This document shows, one piece after another, positions 1 to 11,320 of a DNA stretch of 64,000 nucleotides. The position numbers and the translations under genes were made by a program. The stretch is from Mytilus edulis (Eukaryota). Numbering within the stretch: position 1 is the stretch's first letter; each line of letters opens with the position of its first letter. The notes beneath the pieces were generated by a model that was not told the origin of the DNA, ran no database searches, and saw only the letters and a program-made list of their open reading frames with translations. The stretch lies in NCBI RefSeq assembly GCF_963676685.1, contig NC_092351.1, positions 52,824,001-52,888,000 of the forward strand. Reading direction: 5' to 3'.

Positions 1-2035
1 CTTTTGATGTCGTCCCTAAGGCCACTTGATTTTATTTAAACAAGACAAAACAAACTGGCAAAAAAAAATCGAACAAGAACAAAATCATTCAAAGTTTACT
101 ATAAAAATAACAAATATTGAGTTGTTGTTGTCTTTACACTTACATGTATAGGGACGGTACACTTTCAGCAGTGTTATTGACTTTTTAATAAATGAAACCA
201 TAATCTGCATATATGAGTGATATATGAATGACTATGGGATGACCATCGTTCATTTTAAGTTAAGTTTAAAAGCCTGCTGATTTTTGCAAAAGAGAGGCAA
301 ATGATACCAAAAGAATATCCAAAACCCATATGTCGGAAAAAAACTGACAATGCCTTAGCAATCAACAAAAACGATGAAAATAAAATAACAGTACACAATT
401 AAGGGATAAGAACCAAGAATCCTACTTAAACCCGGCGGTCTTTCGTGTGCTCTTCACGGGTAAACAATTAAATAAAACATACCTTCTGTTAATTCGTGTT
501 GCCTTGACTTTTGTTTTTCTCTGAAATGTTTCAAGAAAACCGTATCACTTCTCAAGTAGACTTTGCTGGGACACTTCTTGAAAACAGATATGTGTCGTTT
601 CGTTCGATCATTCATTAATCTGTAAAATAGAATAATGATTGCCGCAAAACAAATACAAAGTACATGTAAAATTAAATTGGGAATGGAAATGGAGAATATG
701 TCGAAGAGACAACAACCCGACCAAATAATAGACATCAGCTGAAGGACATCAATGGGTCTTTAATGCAGCGAGAAAATCCCGTACCCGGAAGTGGTACAAA
801 ATTGTGTACTAGTTCAGTAAAAATGGACATCACACTATAAAACTCCAAAACATATAAATGAACTAAAATTTAAAAAAAAACATACAAGACTAACAAAGGC
901 CAAAGGCTCCTGACTTGTAACAGGCGCAAACATGCGGCGGGTTGAACATGTTTTGTGAGATCTCAATCCTCCCCCTATACCTCTAGTCAATGAAGTATAA
1001 AGAAACACATTGCAATACGCACCGTAAATGTAGTTGTAACATTGTTACATTTTTTATTGTTTTTCTGTTATAACTTACTCATATTACTCACTTTAACTGA
1101 TCTTTTCATGTAATCGCTATTTTGTGTATTTTAACATGTATGGTGAATTGCAACTTTCGTTTTGCGGTAACGTTATTTCAAACTCCTTCGTATGTTTTGT
1201 TCCTTAATTCATGTATTAAAGACATTATATATAAAAAAAAAAAAAGAAGACGCGGTAGGATTTGCCAATGAGAAAACTTTCCACAAGAAACCAGGGGCCG
1301 TGTCAATGAAAGTATCCTAGGACATGTCCTAAGATAGGTCTTAGGACATTATTTAGGATGGTCTTAGGACGAGTCTGAGACATGTCTTAGGATGTAAAAC
1401 AAAGCTGTCTTAGGACAATCCTAACTACGATGGTCCTAGGACCATCCTAACAAATTTATTTAATTGAAAATATATTTAGAGACTTGTATGACATAGATTG
1501 AATCGTATTTTAGAACATATGTAAAGAGAGGGAGGATGACTCTTATATAGAAAACAATTAACGCAAAATAAAAGTTAAAGTTCTTACGGAAACTTACTAA
1601 TAAATACGTTATTAAATATGATAAAAGATATAAATGAATTTAATACGAAAATAAAAGTAAATGGTCACAAAACTTTGTGATATTCGTGTTGCAATTTTAG
1701 TACATAAACTAGTTTTGTCCTTAGGTCCACTCGATTTCATTACTTGTATCGAATCAGGAATTAAACTTTTTCCCATATTTGAACTATTTAAAATATGTTG
1801 CTTATAGTTCAAAAAAGGCAGCACGAAATAATTTAATATAATACAATTAAATCTTTAACAAACATTTAACAACATTTTTTTTAATTTATTTTATCTAATG
1901 ATAGTTTAATATTGTATTAATCAGAAACGTCGCACGATACTGGTGTCACCTAACGTTACACACTCAAAGACGTAAGCCAAAATAAAAACGTTGGAATGTA
2001 CGGAAGCCGATAAGGGCCATTCAAAAAAAAAAAAT

Positions 2036-2378
2036 TATGTCGTAATTACGACATAGCATGTCGTAATTTCGACATAACATGTCGTTATTACGACATCGCG
2101 ATGTCGTTATTTCGACATAACATGTCGTTATAACGACATCGCTTTGTCGTAATTTCGACATAACATGTCGTAATTTCGACATAACATGTCGTAATTTCGA
2201 CATAACATGTCGTAATTTCGACATAACATGTCGTTATTACGACATCGCGATGTCGTTATTTCGACATAACATGTCGTTATAACGACATCGCTTTGTCGTA
2301 ATTTCGACATAACATGTCGTAATAACGACATCACTATGTCGTAATAACGACATCACTATGTCGTAATAACGACATCGC
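2036..2378. repeat. Tandem array of 21-bp palindromic units (ATGTCGTAATTTCGACATAAC) in the left TIR
   Basis: About 16 consecutive 21-bp units, each containing the TGTCG-n5-CGACA palindrome. Confidence 0.9.
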
Positions 2379-5300
2379 CATATATATATATAAAAGAATA
2401 TGTATTATGATTGCCAAGACACTAAATGACACAGAAATTAACAGCTATAGGTCATCATAATGCCCCCAATAATTAGAAAAGCCCCCGCATAGTCAGCTAT
2501 AAAAGAGGGACGAAAGATACCAGAGGGAGAGTCCCCGAAATGCTGTGTGGCAGACAGTGTTATTTATAAATTATAAGCTCCCTTGGTAAAACTCCAAATT
2601 TCATATTTAATGTATTTCATTGTTAAATAATTTACATGAAGCTTAATAAGTATATATTTGTTAATTGCATAGCTTTTGCTATTTGAATCCATTGGTTAAA
2701 GATATTTATTTATATTGTAAAATTTAATATTTGCATCGTCGCAAAATCTTTGGTTACCTTCTTTGGTTTCCTTCTGTGAGAAACTTATATATTTTATAGA
2801 ACCCATTAAAGTTCATTCAACTACCGACGTATCGTGAAAGGCTACATAGCCAGTCAAAGACATTAAAAACTTCAATTTATTGGAAGAACTATATGTGGAC
2901 TGACATTCAGACCTACCAAGGCAAACTAAGCTTTCCACACCCCAATCAATAAGCGCAAACTACATGGCTTCTTGTAATAAGGATGAATTGAAGTATTGAT
3001 TGCTCTATTTCTACTTTCAAACGTTGGGCACAGTGTTCCTACAACACCACATTACACTTAAAATGCGGCGTCGAAGAGGGTTTTTGACTTCGATTAATTT
3101 TTGCAAGTTTTATTGGGTTTTTTATATGTTGGTTGATTCTAGTTCTGTTCGTTTTGTGATGTCATTATATCATAAGTTACCTCAAGTTGTGGAAATGATT
3201 CGATTTAATAATGTTTATCCTTTAAGTTATTTCAACAAAAAATGCAGAACTGTCGCAAGTAATGTAGGAAGGAAAGATGGGAGGAAGTACATGTATACGG
3301 TTTTCAATAAAAAAAAATTCTTTTTAGATGTACAAAACTTTTTTCATAGGATGTTTAACTTTCAAGGTGCATATCATCTGTCATTGTAAAATTTCTATAT
3401 CTTAATTCAACTCCAATTCAAATATATCTGACACTGCAAGTAAATCGGACATTTTTACCCTTGGTTAAATTTGAATAGAATTGTGTTTTCCCTGTCACAC
3501 AAGTTGTTGAAATACACCCCTTCAATTACTTGAACCTTGGCTTGAGAATTATTTCCCAAGTCATCTATAGTGTTCAACTTCTGATATACATTTTAAAATA
3601 TAGTAATATACTCCTGGATCGTCCGCGAAAACGGCTAATATAATCCCGGGTTTTTATTAATTCGATGAAACAGTTTTCGTCGCTGTTTGGGATTCGTCTT
3701 TCAATTACCTCCATTTCATGCACAAGTTTATATTGACGAAAATTTCCGGCTTCGATAGTACAGGAATTACTTTCATCACGACAGTTATAACATGAACAGG
3801 ACAAATCGCGAATTAAAACATTCCGTGAACTGGTATTAAGTCTTTTATTATTGGTGATTGCACATTAATGAAGTGACGACTTTAAATTGTCTATTTCAGA
3901 TTACTTTCGCAACATAAATTTCAATTCGCATTTTACATTTAGAGGACTGTCTTGGTGTCTCCAATTTGTCTTTGCAAAAAGTGGACGACGATCATGTGAT
4001 TTTCCCCCATTTCCCCATTCTATTAAATAAATCGTTAAAAGCTATAAACGGTTAATAAAAATTGCAAAATTTAACCTGTGTCGAACCTATGTCCCCGGGC
4101 GGAGTCTATAGCAACATGCACTATTCTTTTTTTCTGCAGCAATCATCAACCTCTTTTTTCAAATTTCATAACACGATTTGTTGTTAATTATCATGATCAT
4201 TTAATTGAAACTTTAGCACATGTAACGTCGGAAATTAGCGTCTTTCGGATTTTAGACGTTTTCCGACGTTTGGACAAATTGGCTACCGTTTTGTAATGTG
4301 TGGAATCATTTTATTCCTTGAAGACGCAAATATGTAGTTAATAAGAAAAGAATCTTGGCATTTTTTACTCGTCGTTCCAACTTTTGTTTTGATCAATTAA
4401 AAAAAAAAAAAAAATACGCGTTAACTGCTTTGAAAATGAAATATCAAATTGGACAAAATGGCTACCGTTAGAAAAACGACTGTGAAGAGAAGATTTTATT
4501 GAATCAGCAATATTTGAACTCAAGAACAATGAGGCAAATATTTGTACTTTTGTTAGATATTATTAGTGTCTTACTCTTTTTATTCATTTTCTGCTATATC
4601 TACTTATAAAATTCACTTTCAGTCGTTGAGTTAACAACATACGTCGTTGGACATTTTTCTTATTCCAGCTTAATATGCAGCCACCGAGTCAAATGAAATT
4701 TGGCAAAATAACGGCTTTAACGCCACAAAGAACCGACACATGTCGCTGTTCCTGCCAAGAATCAAAAAGATCAGAGAATAAGAAATAGGATCACTTTACA
4801 TAAGATTAAAACAGTTTTTCATAAATGTAACGTTGGACATCCGTTTTTTCACATAGCTTTGTTATTTTAATCCTCAAATAAACTAGGTATTATTTACTAA
4901 ATGATGAAGAGCTGTAAAAACATAATTTAAAACATATATTGATTTTGTTTTAATATTGGTTCGTGTTTTCTTACATTTTTATTTTGTTTTGCGGATGAAA
5001 TTTTAAAGATTCTGTTTTAAATCCTAGGGCTTGTAGGAACATCGTGCCCAACGTTTGAAAGTAGATGTAGAGCAATCAATACTTCAGTTCACCCATATTA
5101 TAAGAAGCCATGTAGTTTGCGCTTATTTATAGGGAGGTGGACAGCTTGGCTTGCCTTGGTAGGACTGAAACAAATATAAGTTTTTATTGACCTTGGCAGG
5201 CTATATAACCCTTTCACGATCGGAACTTTGTTTAACTTCAATTGGATCTATAAAATATATAAGTTTCTTACAGAAGGTAACCAAAGAAGGTACCAGAGAT

Positions 5301-5655
5301 TTTGCGAGGATGCAAAAATTAAACTTTACAATATAAATAAATATCTTTATCCAATGAATTCAAATAGCAAAAGCTATGCAATTAATAAATATATACTTAT
5401 TAAGCTTCATGTAAATTATTTAACAATGAAATACATTAAATATGAAATTTGGAGTTTTACCAAGGGAGCTAATAATTAATTAATAACACTGTCTGCCACA
5501 CAGCATTTCGGGGACTCTCCCTCTGGTATCTTTCGACCGTCCCTCTTTTATAGCTGACTATGCGGGGGCTTTTCTAATTATGATGACCTATAGTTGTTAA
5601 TTTCTGTGTCATTTAGTCTCTTGGCAATCATAATACATATTCTATTAAATATATA

Positions 5656-5836
5656 GCGATGTCGTTATTACGACATAGCTATGTCGTGTATGTCGTTATT
5701 ACGACATGTTATGTCGAAACTACGACATAGCGATGTCGTTATAACGACATATTATGTCGTAATTACGACATAGCGATGTCGTAAAAACGACATGTTATGT
5801 CGAAATTACGACATGCTATGTCGTAATTACGACATA
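5656..5836. repeat. Inverted counterpart of the 21-bp palindromic array in the right TIR
   Basis: About 8-9 units of the same TGTCG..CGACA repeat next to the right terminus. Confidence 0.88.
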
Positions 5837-7436
5837 ATTTTTTTTTTTTGAATGGCCCTTATCGGCTTCCGTAGGAATGCATGTTGTTCAGATGGCTTTT
5901 TACAATAAATTTTAAAGGATTAATTTTTTTTCCTAAGAAAGGATTAATTGTTTTTTCTTAAATAAAAGATGTTAAGCTTTAGTTTTGTTAACAAATTAAA
6001 AATAAAAAAGTAACTTGAATTGAAACCATTTGTTTTATATACATTTTAATTATAAAGGCAATCGATTACTTTTTTTATGGATAAACTATGCACTGCAAAT
6101 GCACTCATCTTTGCACTCCAGAATGTCAAGGCGAAAGGACTACGGCATATCTAGCATGTTAGTTCTGCACAAATATATGCAAGGGAATTAGCGGGAACAA
6201 TTATTATTGCTGGTTTTTTTTCTCTATTAATTTGTATTATAGCGGATCCGACTATTATAGTCCGGAAAACACTTCAGTTCCGCGAGAAAATCTCTCCCAA
6301 CCCCTTCTTTATGAATCGGTAGAGCTTCCACATAAAACATTAATTTTAAAGTTTTCTTATTAAGCAACAAAATAAAATAGCCGTATTCCAAATCGTCTGT
6401 GAAAACCGCAATAATGACAATTAGACGGAACGTTAGAAGTATATTTTATTAAATAACGTCAAAATCGTATGTGGGGACATTGTATCGGACATTTTAGTTT
6501 TATCTGATATCTCGTATATTATATTTAATTTATGGGAATTTAATATCAAAATAGAGCTAATTTTTTGTACTTTTATCCATTCTAATTTGTTTTATGAAGC
6601 GAATGACACTGTATTAAATAAACATCATGAAAAAACAGAAAACGTAACCGTACGATTAATTTAGTTTGAAGGGGACAAAATGTCGGACATTGCTATTCAA
6701 CTCGAATAATAAGAAATTATTTTAAAAAATCCTGATTATTGCATGAGGCGAAAGTGTGATCTTTGTACAAAATACTAGTATAAGAATTATTTACTTTCGA
6801 CATGGGGATTACTCTGAAATTCCCTTTTTTGAGACAATTTAACAAAAATTACGGCAACCTTTCGTGCATGGGACAAATAATTTGTATCATCTTGATCCCT
6901 TTTTTTTATATTTCCGTCTTTTCGAGAGAAAAAAATCGACATTACGTCATCGCCCAATTATGAATTGCTTGTTCTAGACAAACTTTTATATCGTTTGGTA
7001 ATAAAATTTATATGTTTTTTACGGTATTCAGAATTTCACAAAACTAAAAGTGTAACGCGGGACAAGGAAATCATATTGCAAAATCAAGGTTTTATTGAGT
7101 TTTAATTAATGAAAATGGTCTGTTACATATACAAAATTGCAATAATCTGAAAGAAGAATTTAAAAGCTTTAAAATGATATACAACACTTTATAATATCAA
7201 TTTTTATGTTTAAAAATTAATAAGGTGAATGTGTCTTGTCCGTGATTTTACCAAAGTAACACCAGTAGCGTGCGACGTTTCATTAGTATTTTTAGTATTG
7301 AGTTTATGCCATATTTGTTGTTTTTATTACGTTTTAGGACGATGTAACCTTTAGGACTATCCTAAGACATCTAATTGTATGTCCTAACTTTAGGACCAAA
7401 TTTAGGACATATCTTATTTTAGGAGACTTTCGTTAA

Positions 7437-8026
7437 GGTTCCATCATAACCTTTTGGCTAAAATGGCCGTATTTACACCCCAAATTTTACTCTGAGTACA
7501 GACTAACCTATACACCTGCAACAGTTTTAAGGGATGGCAGGAACTAGATTTATAAATTTTAAATGCATTTTATGTTTCAGAAAATTATAAACTTTTCTAG
7601 ATTTTGCTATCCATTTTTTTTCGTTCCTGCAGAAGGTGCAAAAATTAACTAAGTAGTGAAAACGATTGAGAAGCTCCCCTCATATAATCAATGTTGTGAG
7701 TAGTATTGATTTAAATGGACAATAGATGGACAATAGACACCTGTAAACAATAGGTGATTTAACAGGTTAAAACTGTGTAACTGAGTGGGCTGTATCAAAT
7801 GAAACTCGGGTGTTTGTTTATTTTGCTATCTTCTGCAGACTGGAAAAAAATGAACATCAAAATCCAGGTAAGTTTTTAATTTTCTGAAACGTAGACTTCA
7901 TATAACTTTTATATATCTAGTTCCTGTCATGCCTTAAAACTTTCCTGGATGTACCAGTTTGTCTGTACTCATAGTAATTTTGGAGGTGTAAACACGGCCA
8001 TATTTTTCAATTCCTTATGATGAACC
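7437..8026. mobile_element. Kolobok-like MITE (TTAA TSD)
   Basis: TTAA|GGTTCCATCATAA ... TTATGATGAACC|TTAA, with imperfect inverted arms of ~200 bp. Confidence 0.75.
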
Positions 8027-8177
8027 TTAACCCGACTTAGGACTAAGACGTGTCCTAAGACCATCCTAAGACATGTCTTAGTCATAGGACAGCTTCGTTG
8101 ACACGGCCCCAGAATGACATAGAAATTAACAACTAAAGGTCACCATACGGCCTTCAACAATGACCAAAGCCCATACC

Positions 8178-11100
8178 CACGGCCGACACTCGGCTAACCG
8201 AGAGATTGGTCGGTTAATCTATATTGAGTATGCGGCTATATGGGAGATTGGTCTGTTAATCGGGTTGGTTATACGTCTGTTAAGAGTAAAACGCACAATT
8301 TAATGTTAAACTGTATCAAATATACAGATTTTTGGCATATTTTAAGAACCAAATCAAAAAAAGAAAAGTGTCTGACAAAATGATATCTATCATAGAACAT
8401 TTTCCACTTGTAAAAACATTTCATAGTCTACGCAGTTTTCAGTAAAATTAAAAGGCGTCGCGCAAGTATGTAGTATTTATGCTTATACGCATAGGAATTT
8501 TTTGATAAAAGTCGAAACAAACAATTTTAGATATCATTTAAAGGACACAAAATAGTACTTTGGGTCTAAAAAAATAAATTTGCATTGGTGAATATTTCAT
8601 AATTGTAATATAACGTGAATATTACCACGTTTTAGTGAAAATTATGGGAATAAAGTCTGTTAATGGGTTGGACAATTGAAATTGTGTCAGTTAAGAGTTA
8701 TTTAGCCACAGTTATTTTTGCTACCTTTATATTTTCCCATAGAAAAAGTTAAGAATGAGATGTTCCTAAGTAATAAAAAAAAATGATAATACGGTGCAAC
8801 AGTATCCTACGGAAGCGAATTAGCGCCACACAGTTTTTTTTAAATTTTTCTTCCTATATTTGCGTTATAACGCAAACCGAAAAATATCTTGATTGCAATT
8901 GTTCATTAAGTTTTGTAAAAAATGTCCGTCTGTCATTCATTTCGGTTGTGATTTACTAGTAAGAGCATTTTTATTTTGACTTTCTTTGCATTTTATTGAA
9001 GGGTGTCACTTCAATATAGCGTGATATAAATTGGCCGCTGGAATATGCATGAATTTATTATTAATGTTTTCAATCAGCCTCAATTTTTGTGTCTGTTCAA
9101 AGTAGCACGTTCTCAAATCCGACTGAAAGTGTCTTTCTATTATACAACTAAGGGTACCGGTAAAATAAATATAAACTGTACATCTGTCCAGTGCATATAA
9201 CGTGTTGTCATTCTCATGTGCACATGATATTTGTCACTGGACGAAAAACCCTAATTCGTAAGCATCCTCCAATTGGTTCTTTATTTCTATAACTTAATCA
9301 TATGTTGTTTACAAAAAAAAAGTAAAATCACAAAAATACTGAACTTAGAGGAAAATCAATTCGGAAAGTCCATAATCACATGGCAAAATCAAATAACAAA
9401 ACGTATCAAAAACGAATGGACAAGAACTGTCATATTCCTGACTTGGTACAGGCATTTTCAAATGTAGAAAATGGTGGATTAAACCTGGTCCTATAATGCT
9501 AACCCTCTCACTTTAATGACAGTCTCATAAAATTCCGTTATATTTACATTGATGGCGTTAAATAAACAGACACAATGAATAAAATAGTCAAAATATGGGT
9601 ACATCAGTCATCATCGTATAACAATTTTAAAAGGAACAATTTAACAGAACACAAAAACATCTACTATCTACGAACACATTCATTGATTTGAGTGTCCAGA
9701 TCTGACATCAGAAAATTTTATACGTCACATAAATTTGTCGTTCAATGTGCATACAAACGATTTTAAAATTTTACATAGGCAATGTTAGTCATTCTCAAGA
9801 ACTAAATGTAAAGGAGCGAATGCAGCTACATTTGGTCATCTTAAGTTTTAATACATTTTATTCCGTTTAGTTCCTTTCTTCATAAGTGTAGAGGAGAACG
9901 GCAGTTGTCCGCATGTAAACTTCTAGCATTTGTCACCAATATGAGTACATCGCAATCCGTTACTGTTTCAACACCCAGGGGTGTTTCATGTGTGTATTCT
10001 TAAACAATTATTATTTTTTCTCTCTTTTTAAGCAATGCATCACTCTCTTCTGTCCTTATCTATTATTCTATATTCTGCTACTCCATCCAGATTATCGTGT
10101 ATACCATGAGGGTTCGGATGGGGGTGTTGTTTATTTCTGTATTCTTTAAATTGTTATGTCACGTTTCTTCCGTGACGTTTTTTTCCTTTTACCTTTTATT
10201 TATCTTACTCATTATTCTTTCTCTATTCTTTATATTTTAGCATCCCAATATATTTTACTTACTGATGTTTAGTTACATTACGACGTTTATCTCTGATTTA
10301 TATACTGGTTACCAATGTAGATGACAAGTTGGTGTCATGCATGACAATTAAACAGAATCCACATGACATATGCGACCATTCTTGGATGAAATTAACATTA
10401 CTTTAATATTACACTTTTTGAAACCGTTTTTATCAATTTTCTATTTCCATTGTTTAAATTGTTCATTGTTCACAGTGGCGGATCCAGCCATTTTAAAAGG
10501 GGGGGGGGGTGGTCCCAACCCAGAGTAAAAAGGGGGGTTCCAACTATATGCTCCCATTCAAATGCATTGATCGGCAAAAAGGGGGGTTCCAACCCCCGGA
10601 CCCCCCCCCCCCCCCCCCACCCTGGATCCCTCACTGGTTCATGTGTTGTTTCCGTATATTTTATGTTTCATTGCTCATGTGTTGTTTCCGTATATTTTAG
10701 TCGCTCGTCTTGAGCCTACCCATTTGATCCGATAACACCCCATATAGCAATAAAATTATACTTTTATTGCCATTCATAACTCTTAACAGACCAATTAACA
10801 GACCGGGTTTTATACATCCGACCCATTAACAGACAAGGTTTTAATTAAAGATTGATTTATGTCACCAAAATACAGATTTTCGTGAAGATTTTTCACACAA
10901 TGATTTCAGTATGGTTAACAAACATAATGCCTGTCTTTTTTCGATGTTTAAAATATTGCATGCACGTAAATACAACCAACGTGTCATTTTGTGTACAGTT
11001 TGTGTGTGTAAAATGTGTATAAATTTATTGATGAGTAACCCGCCTTTTCATTTTATAGATCGTACATTGAAGCTAGAAAAATAATAATAACACCACTGGA

Positions 11101-11320
11101 TTCAGTACATTGAATTGTTTTGTTAGACATGCATATTTTTTATGATAAACATATATTTAAAAAGTTATACAGTGAAACATGCTGAACTTTCAATGATTTT
11201 CTCGATAACACCTGATTAACAGACTTTAGCCAACCCGATTAACAGACCAACCGCCGATATAGCCGCATACTCAATATAGATTAACCGACCAAACTCTCGG
11301 TTAGCCGAGTGTCGGCCGTG
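8178..11320. mobile_element. Non-autonomous CACGG-terminal element with 5-bp TSD (Transib/RAG-like signature)
   Basis: ~105-bp TIR starting CACGGCCGACACTCGGCTAACCGAGAG, TSD ATACC (8173-8177 / 11321-11325), recurring GTCTGTTAA/TTAACAGAC subterminal motifs, no transposase ORF. Confidence 0.82.
10473..10636. mobile_element. CAGTGGCGGATC-terminal MITE, 5-bp TSD (hAT5-like)
   Basis: TSD GTTCA (10468-10472 / 10637-10641) and G/C-tract subterminal regions. Confidence 0.7.

Larger units (their letters stand above)
1999..5873. mobile_element. IS3EU-like non-autonomous element with ~1 kb terminal inverted repeats
   Basis: Termini TACGGAAGCCGATAAGGGCCATTC ... GAATGGCCCTTATCGGCTTCCGTA with perfect 6-bp TSD GGAATG (1993-1998 / 5874-5879). 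Inverted similarity covers 1999-3044 versus 5031-5873. TAY termini with a 6-bp TSD is the IS3EU signature. Confidence 0.8.
1924..7281. mobile_element. Unclassified TIR element nested in the Harbinger-like element
   Basis: 26-bp TIR GAAACGTCGCACG(A/C)TACTGGTGT(C/T)AC at 1924 and inverted ending at 7281. TSD is uncertain (ATCA vs ATTA). Confidence 0.65.
1295..8109. mobile_element. Non-autonomous PIF/Harbinger-like TIR element (with nested inserts)
   Basis: TIR GGGCCGTGTCAAYGAA at both ends, 3-bp TSD CAG (1292-1294 / 8110-8112), and subterminal TAGGAC/GTCCTA repeats at both ends. Excision restores the host repeat. Confidence 0.8.

Noticed and set aside
2021-2334. Repetitive ORFs (MSKLRHV / MLCRNYD repeats)
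   Set aside because: Translation artefacts of a 21-bp palindromic tandem array inside a transposon TIR.
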